This document shows positions 20,484-30,456 of a stretch of 64,000 nt of DNA, piece by piece. The notes beneath the pieces are model-generated. The model saw only the letters and a list, made by a program, of their open reading frames with translations, was not told the DNA's origin and ran no database searches. Position numbers and translations under genes: made by a program. The DNA is from an uncultured Ignavibacteriales bacterium (GTDB lineage: Bacteria > Zixibacteria > MSB-5A5 > GN15 > FEB-12), in assembly GCA_964464605.1 (NCBI GenBank), contig CAYXJN010000009.1, forward strand, positions 64,001-128,000, given 5' to 3'. Numbering within the stretch: position 1 is the stretch's first letter; every line of letters begins with the position of its first letter.

Positions 20484-23400
20484 TGAAGTGTAAGGTTAAG
20501 GTGAAACAGTTCTAATTCATCCCGTCTGCCCTCTAACATCATAGAGCGCGCAAACCGGTATTCAATGCCATACTCTTGCAGCCCTTGCCCGCCAACGCTC
20601 ACATAGCTGTACAGATTCGGCAGAAATGAATTTCCGGCTGTAATATGCGACTTTAACGGATCGATGTTCCCGCCCGTCATACCGGTATTAATTTCAAACG
20701 TTTCCACGCCAAACTTTCGGGAACCAAACTGCGATAATTGTGCTGAGACAACATTAGCAATTCGACCTTCCAAATTTCCGCTATAAGAAGCCGTGTCACC
20801 TGCATAATAATTTGCAACCAGCAACGGCAAAATATCTTCGCGTGTAAACTGCGAACCTTCAACCGTATTAAACTCCGGCGCGTCAAGCGTTCCGCCGATA
20901 TGAATAGGAAGGTCCAAGTCCTCACGAATTTCACCGACACTCGTTGCGGCAGAGGGAATGCGGGTACGAGCGATAATATCCAAAGACGGATTAAATGATT
21001 CAGTGCCGGGAAAGCTTACCAGCCCTCCTGGATCCAGTCGAAATGTTTTATCAAACAAAAAGGCGCGTCCCCGTTCGATTTCCAAGGTACCCAACAGCCG
21101 CTGACGACCGGACTCGCGAATAAAATTCAGATCACCTTTAAACTCGGCATCGATATTCTCATTCTGTATTCGATACTTGCCGGGAATAGTAATGCTGACG
21201 TTGATATTCCAGCTCTGCTCACTGGCTAACGCATCGAACACCTGACCGCCGTAACTCGGTTCGGAAAAACTGGTGCGGTCACGCATTTCCGAAACGGTCA
21301 CATCGCCGGTAATAGTCGTCACTTCACCCGCCGTAGTTGGTGGATTTGGTCCGACAATACGCAAATCCGCCTGAATTTTTCCTACTCGATCCGCCAACTC
21401 GTAACTCACGGGAAAGTCTTTATCCGTTTTTACATGCAGGCCGTATACCAGAGTATCAATAGACGGTACGCGAATAATGCCATTTACCATGGCGTACCGT
21501 TTTTTGTTTCCGTCCTTCACATATACACGAATGGAATCAATAATGATACGATCTTCCTCAAAGGTAATACTCACCGAATCAGCATATATTCTGTTAACCA
21601 GATCAAAATACTTCAATTTCATGTCGATCAGTTTACCCGATCCTTTAAGAATCGGCCGCTGTGCTGTGCCAGTAACTGAAACATCGCCGACAAATATACT
21701 ATCCAACTGTTCTACCGCCGGAAAAAGAAATTCAAACACATCAAGCACACTGTCAATACAATACACCGACAAATTGACCGGCAAATCGGGAAACCGTTCA
21801 ACCACCGATGATCGAAACGAAAGATCGCACGGTAAAAATCCGGTAGCCATCAACTGACGGCCCGGTGCAAACAAACGGGAAGAATCCAACGTCAGCATCT
21901 TGTTTGCATAGCGTGCCGAAAGTTCAAGGGTGCCGGCTTCAAATTCTTCGTATACGAGCGAATCGACATGGACATCCATGCGAAACTGCGGGGCATCGAA
22001 CGTTCCGCTTAAGAAAAATTCCCCTGACACGATTCCGTCACAATGCAGGCTGGTATCATACAATGACACCCATTGTCCAATCGCAGCATCTTTGAGAATC
22101 AGCGAGAGATCCATCGATTCGTTGGAACGAAGATTCCCAATGATTGAAATATCCGATCCTTCTCCTTCCAAATTCACCTGCTGCAGTTGAAAACCGGCGC
22201 TGTCGATGGCGACAGCAAGCTGGTCCCTGGAATTGAAATGGCTGCCGAATAACAGAACATCAAGCGTATCGCAGACTAACCACTGCGGAGTTTGGTCGTA
22301 ACGATAACTCCCCTTTGTAAACAGATTCGCTTCCGGACCGGTGGCCGTAAGTGTATCAAACAAAACCACTCCGGAATCAAGATCGGCTCGCGCAATAAGC
22401 GTATCGTAGTCGACTCCCCAGGCGCTTCCGGCAAAGCAATCGACCGAGACGGAGCCGCTTGAGTGCGAGATGATTCGCGGGAGTGAAAACTGAATCGCAC
22501 AGCTGTCGGCGAACAACTCGGCAATCCACAAAGAATCCGATATCAGCGTTCCATTCACATCCGGGTTTTTCGTCGAGCCGGTTATAGCCGCGCTCAAAAT
22601 TGCCCGCCCGCCTAAGTGCGGGATATTGCTGTGCTCTTCGTAGCGGAACAACTCCGGTAAATCAGCATCGACCGTCACATCAATCGCACCGTCAAAACTG
22701 ATCTTTCCGGCGGTGACGAATTCATTCTGGTAATATAGCACTCTGAATCCTTCGGCGAATACGATCGAATCCGGGGTCACTACAAAATTTCCGGATGCCT
22801 CCTGCAACGGATACTCATCAAAACTCGATTCATATAATTCCACTGTGCAATCCAGAGCAAGTGTCTTCGAACTGAACGAGCTCCCTTCAATGTATATTCT
22901 TCCAATCAGGTCGCTGGCAAAACCGTTTTTCATCAGCCTGGATAAATCGAAATTCGCTATCTGCGCTGCAAGCCAGTACGATGGCTCCGGTTCAGCAAAC
23001 AGAATCTCCCCTTTTCCATCGACGGTGCAGTTGGTCATGATCGATCCATACAACGTGTCCAACCGCAGCGTATCCCCCGTTTTTTCGCATCGCGTATACA
23101 GATTGTCAAACGCAACGCCCATGAAGTTTCCAGAAACGGAAACATCCCCTTTGATAGTTTTTTTCGTCAGTATGACCTGCCCGTTGACATCAACGACACC
23201 GTTCAGACCATTGATGCCGACTGCAGAAAGATCGGAAACGTCGATGTCGGATGCTGCAAGCGTTACCATCCCGGTCAGGCTGTCTTTAAGAGTCAATACA
23301 CCATCGATACCGATTTTTCCGTTATTTACAAGCAGCAGGAAATCCTGTACGATCAGCGAGCCCTGCGCCCAGGCTATGGCGTTCTTATCTGAACCGGCGC

Positions 23401-24010
23401 GAATCTCGAGCGTCCGCAATTTGGCGTGTAAGAGATCAAGTGATGCGGAGATCGTTTTATCATCGATGGTCAACGATGTTCCGATTTGCAGGCTGTCGAT
23501 ACCAAGTGTATCGCTTCTGCCGAAATATCGTATTGCGCCGTTGCGGATAAGCAGATGCCCGAGTGAAATCGACGGCATCGTACCCCCGCCCTGTCTTGCG
23601 CTATCGGCCGGTCCGCCACCGAATTGCGGAAGCAGTACTGTGCCGTTCTCATCCTCGTACAAAAGAATTGTCGGGTTTTCAAGGGTAACATCGCTGAATT
23701 TCATATCACCGCTTATCAAATCGCTCAATGCAAATACGAGATCGAGCGAGGCAACATGAAAAATCAGTTGATGCTTTTCCCCGTCGACATAGTTAGCGGA
23801 AATCTCTTCGACCGTAACACCGTTAAAAAATGAACCGGATATATCACCGATACTGACTTCCAGATGATTTGATTCTTTGAGCATGCCGGCGAGCCGTTTG
23901 TTTACTATTACTTCCAATCCACCCATTTGGAACAAATAGAACCAGACGCCGAAGGTGATAAGCAGCAAGAGTGCGAATAGATACAAAATGATGCGCAGCA
24001 AGAGAGACAT
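20471..24010 (-). CDS. tamB: TamB / DUF490 translocation-assembly module protein
   Basis: N-terminal TM helix, long beta-repeat body, C-terminal GTLEIERG...FNPSLDIIA...IGGTLDAP; adjacent to the Omp85 gene. Confidence 0.8.
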   Translation of the reverse strand: MSLLLRIILYLFALLLLITFGVWFYLFQMGGLEVIVNKRLAGMLKESNHLEVSIGDISGSFFNGVTVEEISANYVDGEKHQLIFHVASLDLVFALSDLISGDMKFSDVTLENPTILLYEDENGTVLLPQFGGGPADSARQGGGTMPSISLGHLLIRNGAIRYFGRSDTLGIDSLQIGTSLTIDDKTISASLDLLHAKLRTLEIRAGSDKNAIAWAQGSLIVQDFLLLVNNGKIGIDGVLTLKDSLTGMVTLAASDIDVSDLSAVGINGLNGVVDVNGQVILTKKTIKGDVSVSGNFMGVAFDNLYTRCEKTGDTLRLDTLYGSIMTNCTVDGKGEILFAEPEPSYWLAAQIANFDLSRLMKNGFASDLIGRIYIEGSSFSSKTLALDCTVELYESSFDEYPLQEASGNFVVTPDSIVFAEGFRVLYYQNEFVTAGKISFDGAIDVTVDADLPELFRYEEHSNIPHLGGRAILSAAITGSTKNPDVNGTLISDSLWIAELFADSCAIQFSLPRIISHSSGSVSVDCFAGSAWGVDYDTLIARADLDSGVVLFDTLTATGPEANLFTKGSYRYDQTPQWLVCDTLDVLLFGSHFNSRDQLAVAIDSAGFQLQQVNLEGEGSDISIIGNLRSNESMDLSLILKDAAIGQWVSLYDTSLHCDGIVSGEFFLSGTFDAPQFRMDVHVDSLVYEEFEAGTLELSARYANKMLTLDSSRLFAPGRQLMATGFLPCDLSFRSSVVERFPDLPVNLSVYCIDSVLDVFEFLFPAVEQLDSIFVGDVSVTGTAQRPILKGSGKLIDMKLKYFDLVNRIYADSVSITFEEDRIIIDSIRVYVKDGNKKRYAMVNGIIRVPSIDTLVYGLHVKTDKDFPVSYELADRVGKIQADLRIVGPNPPTTAGEVTTITGDVTVSEMRDRTSFSEPSYGGQVFDALASEQSWNINVSITIPGKYRIQNENIDAEFKGDLNFIRESGRQRLLGTLEIERGRAFLFDKTFRLDPGGLVSFPGTESFNPSLDIIARTRIPSAATSVGEIREDLDLPIHIGGTLDAPEFNTVEGSQFTREDILPLLVANYYAGDTASYSGNLEGRIANVVSAQLSQFGSRKFGVETFEINTGMTGGNIDPLKSHITAGNSFLPNLYSYVSVGGQGLQEYGIEYRFARSMMLEGRRDELELFHLNLTLHWDF

Positions 24011-24675
24011 TATCGACTCCCTACCTGCGTCAGGATACGCCTTGCCATGTCATACCCGTTGCCTGCCGCATCGCCGATATCATCAATTACCGCCCGTACC
24101 AGTTGCGGGTCGGCGCCGACATTGAGTGCACCTTTAATATGCGAATACAATTGCGGTTCACGCGCTTCGATCATAAGCATGGCGACAATCGCCAGTTCGC
24201 GGTCTATGATTTCGACAAACGGTCGTGACAGCACTTTGCCATATCCTTCAATAATCATCCAGCGAAACAGTTCGGGTGACATCCCCTCGACTCGCCGTTG
24301 CAAAGCCGGGTAGTTTTGTTGATACACCTGTTTACATAACTTTATACCCGAATCAAGCCAACCCTGCCCCTCGGCTGCCGATACCGGCGCAAGCTGAGAA
24401 TGCTGCGGTTCCCCCGGCCATGCCGAGTTCAGCGCATCCATTGCCGTTAGCATCCGTGGAAAACCGAGAAATAGATATGACTGCAGAACAATTTCGTAGA
24501 AGGTCTGACGGGAAACGCCAAGTCGCTGCCCTATCGCGGCCGTTTGAGCAATAGCATCAGGGAATGCAAACGTGACTGCCCCGGCAAAGAGCGCGGTCAC
24601 GCGGGATTGCTGATGGTCAGCAGGGGAAAACTGCGTTAATCTTGTCTGAAAACGCGTATAGCCGGTTTCGTACAT
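24010..24675 (-). CDS. Carboxymuconolactone decarboxylase / AhpD-like protein without CxxC
   Basis: YEIVLQSYLFLGFPR, GYGKVLSRP...DRELAIVA, QLYSHIKGALNVGA; its stop overlaps the tamB start (TAATG). Confidence 0.8.
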   Translation of the reverse strand: MYETGYTRFQTRLTQFSPADHQQSRVTALFAGAVTFAFPDAIAQTAAIGQRLGVSRQTFYEIVLQSYLFLGFPRMLTAMDALNSAWPGEPQHSQLAPVSAAEGQGWLDSGIKLCKQVYQQNYPALQRRVEGMSPELFRWMIIEGYGKVLSRPFVEIIDRELAIVAMLMIEAREPQLYSHIKGALNVGADPQLVRAVIDDIGDAAGNGYDMARRILTQVGSR

Positions 24676-24727
24676 AACCGGATAAATTGCTGCCCGCGAT
24701 GAATTTGAGCAATCTTTAACAGTACGG

Positions 24728-25909
24728 CTATCGCTTGCCGTTTAAAAGCGTACGTTCTATGCCGCTGATAGTCGATTTGAGCTTCTGGATTTCAAGTAAA
24801 AGGGAATCGGAGTTGACGGTAGAACCCGGCTGATCTTTCTGAAACTGACCAGGCAGCATCATGGAATACAGCCCAGTTTCGCCGACCGGAATGGTAAGGG
24901 TCATCATCATGTTATGCCGGACGATCTGGAATTCGATATTCACCCCCGGCGGAATCGTGCGAATTGTGTTCATCAGATCGATCGCCGAATAAATCTGCTC
25001 ACCATCGAGTGAATAGAGCAAATCCCCCAGTCGAATACCGGCACGGGCTGCCGGTGAGCCATTGACGACTTCGGTAACCAACACACCCCGGTCGATTTCA
25101 CGGGATACTTGATCACCGTCAAAACGGGGCGTGGTAGGGATCTGAATCGGCGGCATTATTTCGATTTCACTCGCGGAAATGCCGATATACCCGGCCTGCC
25201 TGTCCCCATTTTTCGCAAGGTAATCAACTAATTCTCTCAATTTATAGGCAGGGACACCAAGACCGACCACCGGCTGGCCGGGCTGAGCCATCCCGCCGAC
25301 AACAATACCGACAAGATTACCATTCAAATCGAACAAGCCTCCGCCCACCGATCCGGAAGTCATCATCGCTTGAAACTGCAGCGTTCCACCGGGACGGGCG
25401 CCTGCACAAAATCCCAATGATGGGCTGGCGCGTAGTCCGTAGGCGTTCCCCATCATCAGCACCAACTGACCGACACAGGTATAAGCATTGCTGATATAAA
25501 CCGGTTTACCCACCGGCTGATCTGCTTTGATCAGCGCAAGGCCGGATTGATAATCGATCCCGATAACTTTGGCGGATAGCGAACCGTCTGAGTAGGTCAC
25601 CATCAGATTCGTTTTCCCAGCAACGGCGGATGCGGAAGTTACGATACTGCCGTAGTCATCGAATATCACCCCGGATGCCACGACATGGTAAATAGACCGT
25701 TTACCGCATCTGGGATCGCGGCTGACAGAGTCAGCTCCCTCGATAGTGACAACGGATGGTGAGACCTGATAGATAAGTTGGTTCATGCTTGAATCAAGCG
25801 ATCCAAGCGCTCCCCGTTCCTTAGCTTGCGGCTCTGCTGATAAAAAAAAGACCGCCGCACTTAAGGCGGCTGCCAAAAGGCCGGCGGTCCGAATTCGCGT
25901 TAACAACAT
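24728..25909 (-). CDS. HtrA/DegP-like (S1C trypsin fold plus PDZ) secreted protein with the catalytic triad degenerate
   Basis: SPSVVTI, ASGVIFD, GNAYGL, GGGLFDLNGNLVGI, PDZ (GYIGI...GVLVTEV..GSPAARAGI..GDL). Triad positions read TSASAV, DYQSGLAL and GSVGG. Confidence 0.85.
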   Translation of the reverse strand: MLLTRIRTAGLLAAALSAAVFFLSAEPQAKERGALGSLDSSMNQLIYQVSPSVVTIEGADSVSRDPRCGKRSIYHVVASGVIFDDYGSIVTSASAVAGKTNLMVTYSDGSLSAKVIGIDYQSGLALIKADQPVGKPVYISNAYTCVGQLVLMMGNAYGLRASPSLGFCAGARPGGTLQFQAMMTSGSVGGGLFDLNGNLVGIVVGGMAQPGQPVVGLGVPAYKLRELVDYLAKNGDRQAGYIGISASEIEIMPPIQIPTTPRFDGDQVSREIDRGVLVTEVVNGSPAARAGIRLGDLLYSLDGEQIYSAIDLMNTIRTIPPGVNIEFQIVRHNMMMTLTIPVGETGLYSMMLPGQFQKDQPGSTVNSDSLLLEIQKLKSTISGIERTLLNGKR

Positions 25910-25910
25910 T

Positions 25911-26594
25911 TCAGTATGTAGTTGCTCCTCCGGTTGTCAGGATTGCGCCGTCTGCCTGGATATACTGACGGACAATCGGACGCCCCTGAATAATCATCGT
26001 ATTGTACGGAGTAAAACGGTCTGAAACACGGGAACGGGTCATCGTGTTGGTTGACGTAAACGATGTCCAGGTCGGCGCTACCGAGGTAGACAACCGATTA
26101 TACCGGTTCGATTTTTCCAAATGGTTGTTCAGCGACCAATTCTTCGGCAGCTGCGCCGTAAGATTCGGATTATTCGCCGGCTGGACAGTCAGATAGGAAT
26201 TATCAAGCGATCCGGATGACAATACCGGATTGATAGTGCTAATCCGTGAGGAAATGCTGACACCGATGGCGGCAAACGCAACAACCGCAGTGGCAAATAT
26301 CGGGAGCCATCCACGGTTGAATGTTCTCACCGAGGTACGCGGGAAATAGGCCGCGGTACGGGTTTCAGCAAACCGTTCTTCGGCTACACGGTTAAGTAAT
26401 CTGGTATTAAAATCAGCCGAAACATGGAGCTTCGATACATTCGGGGCGCCGTTACGGACCGCCTGATATGCCGCTTCCTCGCTACGACACTCCGGGCATC
26501 CTGCCAAGTGCTCGCTGATTTCAATCTGCGCCGCTCCGGTCAACTCATTATTACAATAAGCTGACAGGTAAGAGCGTGCCTTTTGACAGCGCAT
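25911..26594 (-). CDS. Zinc-binding anti-sigma factor (ZAS, zf-HC2) with a TM helix
   Basis: MRC...LSAY...HLAGCPEC (HxxxCxxC), TM segment WLPIFATAVVAFAAIGV. Confidence 0.88.
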   Translation of the reverse strand: MRCQKARSYLSAYCNNELTGAAQIEISEHLAGCPECRSEEAAYQAVRNGAPNVSKLHVSADFNTRLLNRVAEERFAETRTAAYFPRTSVRTFNRGWLPIFATAVVAFAAIGVSISSRISTINPVLSSGSLDNSYLTVQPANNPNLTAQLPKNWSLNNHLEKSNRYNRLSTSVAPTWTSFTSTNTMTRSRVSDRFTPYNTMIIQGRPIVRQYIQADGAILTTGGATTY

Positions 26595-27153
26595 GATATT
26601 CCTCCATTCTCGGTTGCAATTTCTCCTTCAACATCAGCCTGGCGCGGTTAACGCGAGACTTAACTGTCCCCAATGGAACATCAAGCACTTTCGCGACCTC
26701 TTCGTACGGCATCTCTTCGACATCGCGCAGCACAAAAGCTGTCCGGTATTTTTCCGGCAGACCTTTGATAGCCGAATCGAGATCTTCAGGCAAACGGGTA
26801 GGTAATTTCATTTCTACGGACAAATCACCTTCACCACTATTCATCTCTGTGATTTCTTCAAATTTGAATTTCTTGCGCTTGCGCAATTCATTCCGGGCGA
26901 GATTGAGTCCGATCGTATAAATCCAGGTAGAAAAACAGTGCTGGAAGTTGAACGAACTCCGGTGTTGGTACACGCGCACAAACGTCTCCTGAACGATATC
27001 TTCGGCTTCTTCCGTTGAGTTCAGCATCCGTCCGATGACGTTGAGCAGACGATCCTTGTACCGGTCGACAAGCGCATTAAACGCGACCATATCCCCATTC
27101 TGGATAGAGCGCATTAACGCGTAATCTTGGTCTTTCTCGGTTTCTTTTGCCAT
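26551..27153 (-). CDS. ECF RNA polymerase sigma factor (RpoE/SigW-like)
   Basis: GDMVAFNALVDRY, AEDIVQETF, FSTWIYTI..N, LPEKYR, YEEVA..L.VPLGTVKSRVNRAR. Confidence 0.95.
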   Translation of the reverse strand: MAKETEKDQDYALMRSIQNGDMVAFNALVDRYKDRLLNVIGRMLNSTEEAEDIVQETFVRVYQHRSSFNFQHCFSTWIYTIGLNLARNELRKRKKFKFEEITEMNSGEGDLSVEMKLPTRLPEDLDSAIKGLPEKYRTAFVLRDVEEMPYEEVAKVLDVPLGTVKSRVNRARLMLKEKLQPRMEEYHALSKGTLLPVSLL

Positions 27154-27207
27154 GTCGTCTAACCTCGTGTTAAGGGTAGCTTAGTTGTCCAAACCAAGCA
27201 TTTGTAT

Positions 27208-27237
27208 ATATTACCCTCGAAGGGCTGTTTTGTTCCA
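27208..27237 (-). promoter_or_regulatory. Putative autoregulatory ECF promoter
   Basis: Minus strand GGAAC-17 nt-GTAATA upstream of the sigma gene. Confidence 0.55.
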
Positions 27238-27428
27238 ATAATTAACCTATAAATCGACGTTTTTCCAAGAAAAGAAAAGAGCGGTACAACCACATAACTT
27301 ATTGCTGGACAGCATATTATAAAATTTACTCTAAAGGGTGATCCGTGAACCGCTCGTTAGGACTAGCCGGGGAAAAGTAAAATCCCTCAACTTGATATTC
27401 ACCCCCCCGTATCATAGCTTCTGCTCCC

Positions 27429-28682
27429 ATGAAGTTCAGCCCCCGGGAAAAAACAGCCGGTTCCGATCTAATCGCTGAAAATCCCCCGTTTTCGCCCGGC
27501 ACGGTTTGGCTAGACTCATCCCTGACTATCCACGATAAGGGATATCGTTCTATTTTTGCGACAAATCCGGCCGGTGAACTGATTGTCCGGGGGGAAACTA
27601 TACAGTGGACCTATCAGGGGAATCAGAAACAGTTAGACGGAAACATCTGGCAGTGTTTTAGCGAATTACGAAAACAGTATGCAGGATGGTGGCTCGGCTT
27701 TGTTTCCTACGAATCGATGCTTCCGTTTCTTGGTCTTATGCCAAAAACCGAACATGCTTTTCTGCCAAACTTACATTTTTATCTCTATGACTCCGTAGAT
27801 GAACTGCCAAGCCATAGCGATTTCACCGAAACAGTAGAAAATCAACGTGCAGAATCATATTCGATTGATTGCTCGGCTACAAAAGAAGAATATCTCACTC
27901 AGGTTAAAAAAATACTTCGCTACATTCAGGAAGGGGATATTTATCAGGCAAATTTGACGACGCGATTTATCATCGAAACCGCACTCAATCCGCTTTTTGT
28001 ATACCAACGATTACGAGCATTGAATCCCTCTCCCTATGGCTCATTTATGAATTTCGGTGAGTATCAAATTCTTTCCTCATCACCGGAACGGATGATTGCA
28101 AAGCGTGGGAACAAATTAGTCACTTCACCGATCAAAGGAACAATCGCCCGCGGTAATTCAAAAACCGAGGAGGAACAAAACCGAAATCGGTTACTGCAAT
28201 CGACCAAAGATCAGGCTGAGTTATTGATGATTGTCGATTTGGAACGGAATGATTTAGGACGAGTCGCCGAAATCGGTTCGGTTGTTGTCGATCCGCTTGT
28301 TCGGGCGGAAACGTATTCTTCGGTTATTCATTTAGTCAGCGATATTCGCGCGACACTCCACTCAAACAGCACTGCTGAAGATATTCTTGCCGCAGTATTA
28401 CCCGGCGGATCAATTACCGGGGCTCCCAAGCGTCGCGCTGTCGAAATACTATCTGAAATAGAAACGGTGCCGCGCGGTATCTACACCGGCTGTATCGGCT
28501 ATTTTCATGGGGATGATATGGAATTCAACATAGCGATTCGCACTATGATTCACCGAAACGGCCGATACCACATTCACGCCGGCGGCGGCATAGTCGCCGA
28601 CTCCGATCCTGAAGCGGAATACCGTGAAATGCAGTTGAAAGCCCACAATTTATTCCGCGCCCTCGGCATCGACGAGGTATAA
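27429..28682 (+). CDS. pabB: Aminodeoxychorismate synthase component I
   Basis: GDIYQANL, SSSPER, PIKGT (PabB-type Lys), KDQAELLMIVDLERNDL, PGGSITGAPK, NIAIRT, GGGIVADS. Confidence 0.85.
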   Translation: MKFSPREKTAGSDLIAENPPFSPGTVWLDSSLTIHDKGYRSIFATNPAGELIVRGETIQWTYQGNQKQLDGNIWQCFSELRKQYAGWWLGFVSYESMLPFLGLMPKTEHAFLPNLHFYLYDSVDELPSHSDFTETVENQRAESYSIDCSATKEEYLTQVKKILRYIQEGDIYQANLTTRFIIETALNPLFVYQRLRALNPSPYGSFMNFGEYQILSSSPERMIAKRGNKLVTSPIKGTIARGNSKTEEEQNRNRLLQSTKDQAELLMIVDLERNDLGRVAEIGSVVVDPLVRAETYSSVIHLVSDIRATLHSNSTAEDILAAVLPGGSITGAPKRRAVEILSEIETVPRGIYTGCIGYFHGDDMEFNIAIRTMIHRNGRYHIHAGGGIVADSDPEAEYREMQLKAHNLFRALGIDEV

Positions 28683-28689
28683 TAACCGC

Positions 28690-29526
28690 ATGAAACCGAT
28701 TACGTTTATCGACGGTAAACTTGTCCCGCATGCCAAAGCAGTGATTTCTGTTTTTGATAACGCGCTGTTATATGCCGAAGGACTTTTTGAAACCTGCTTG
28801 GCCATCGATGATCATTTACTCTTCGCCGATTTACATATGCGCCGTTTGCGGGAAGGTTCAAAACTGATCGGCCTCAAGTTACCGGTTTCAGAAAAACAGA
28901 TTCTCACCTGGATGCAAACCGCAGCAAAAAAGCATCCTTCCCGAATTACCAAAGTGCGGTTAACCGTAACCAGCGGCGAATCGGCACGATGGATGGGAAA
29001 ACCGGGAAAGCCGAAAGTAATAATCTCCGTTGCCGAGCACACGATCCCAACCAAACCGTTCAAGCTGTTGCTTTCCCCGTTTCAAGTCGACAGCCGCTCG
29101 GTGTTCCGGCAAATCAAAACGATTTCTTACGCCATTCAGGCAACCGCCTTCAAACAGGCGGTACGACAGAAATGCGATGATGCCCTGTTGTTGAACGATC
29201 GGTACAACATTGCCGAAGTAACCTCCGCCAATATCTTCTGGGTAAAACGAGGCAAACTCTACACCCCGCCGATTTCGGCAGGATGCCTTGATGGCGTCAC
29301 CCGCAAAGTTGTCCTGCGCGAGGCTGCCAAACTGCATATACCGGTACACGAAGCAAACGGGACCGTTCCTGAGTTATTACGGGCGGATGAGGTCTTTATC
29401 TCAAGCTCGCTTAAATTAGTTGTGCCGGTTGCGTCATTGCGGATGAGCAGCAAAACGGTCCCATGCCGACATGGCGCTATTACTGAAAAACTAATTGAGC
29501 GCTTCCGGCAACTCGCCGGACTCTAA
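28690..29526 (+). CDS. Class IV aminotransferase; aminodeoxychorismate lyase (PabC-like) by gene context
   Basis: DNALLYAEGLFET, H..RL..S, IKT PLP Lys, AEVTSANIF, LYTPP...GCLDGVTR, ADEVFISSS. Confidence 0.85.
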   Translation: MKPITFIDGKLVPHAKAVISVFDNALLYAEGLFETCLAIDDHLLFADLHMRRLREGSKLIGLKLPVSEKQILTWMQTAAKKHPSRITKVRLTVTSGESARWMGKPGKPKVIISVAEHTIPTKPFKLLLSPFQVDSRSVFRQIKTISYAIQATAFKQAVRQKCDDALLLNDRYNIAEVTSANIFWVKRGKLYTPPISAGCLDGVTRKVVLREAAKLHIPVHEANGTVPELLRADEVFISSSLKLVVPVASLRMSSKTVPCRHGAITEKLIERFRQLAGL

Positions 29527-29583
29527 TACCCAGACATAAGTTTTATTTTGACCTTGTTGCCCGCTTGCAATATGTAGGCAGGT

Positions 29584-30417
29584 ATGAACAGTAGGAAATT
29601 CTCCATTTTTGCAGTCACCGTATTGGTGGTCTGCCTGATGACGCCTCCGGTGATGGCACAAGATGACTACGATGAAGAACCGGCCGGCCCGAAAAGCCTG
29701 TTCGATAATCCGGCTCGCTGGTTAGTCAACATGCCGACCGCCGGAACGCTCGCGCGCGGCCATTATGAAATCGGCGTGCATATGTTCAACAACGGCGGCG
29801 GAATCGGCCACACCGATATCGGCCTTTCCAATCGCCTGCAATTAGGCATCTCATTCGGCGGTGAAGGAATCATCAGCACGGCGGATCCCAAGTGGTATCC
29901 GACTATCGCCTTCAATGTCAAATTCCGGATTGTCGATGAAGAGCAATACTTCCCTGCCATCGCCGCGGGATTTTCCTCACAGGGGTTCGGCTCCTACAGC
30001 GATGAACAGAAACGATACACGTTCAAATCACGCGGTTTCTACGGTGTTGTTAGCCGGAGTTTTTATTTTTATGAATGGACTGCCGGATGGCACGCCGGAA
30101 TAAACTATTCCCTTGAAAATGAAGTCGACAAACAGGATGACCCAAATTTCTTCGTCGGGTTCGATGCTACCTTCAAATACAACCTTGCGTTGTTGTTCGA
30201 ATGGGATGCCGCGATCAACGATGATGCCTCAAGCGCCCCCGAAGGACAAACGGAAAACTTATCCGGGCGCGGACGGGGCTATTTGAATACCGGACTTCGC
30301 TGGTTGTACAATGACAATTTGGAATTGGAATTTCGTCTGACTGACTTGCTCGGTAACCGTCGTGAGTTTGAAACGGTCGGCCGCGAACTTCGAATTACCT
30401 ACATCGGATCGTTCTAA
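29584..30417 (+). CDS. Outer-membrane beta-barrel protein with a YjbH-like N-terminal motif
   Basis: Signal peptide, LVNMPTAGTL motif, amphipathic strands, terminal Phe. Confidence 0.6.
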   Translation: MNSRKFSIFAVTVLVVCLMTPPVMAQDDYDEEPAGPKSLFDNPARWLVNMPTAGTLARGHYEIGVHMFNNGGGIGHTDIGLSNRLQLGISFGGEGIISTADPKWYPTIAFNVKFRIVDEEQYFPAIAAGFSSQGFGSYSDEQKRYTFKSRGFYGVVSRSFYFYEWTAGWHAGINYSLENEVDKQDDPNFFVGFDATFKYNLALLFEWDAAINDDASSAPEGQTENLSGRGRGYLNTGLRWLYNDNLELEFRLTDLLGNRREFETVGRELRITYIGSF

Positions 30418-30456
30418 TTTCTTTGACTTCCTAAAATCATATTATTACTTGTTAGG

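Noticed and set aside
22845..23759. Long antisense ORFs (304 aa here; also 9775-10371, 12958-13494, 37932-38516 and others)
   Set aside because: They are shadow frames of well-supported genes on the opposite strand, with no recognisable motifs.
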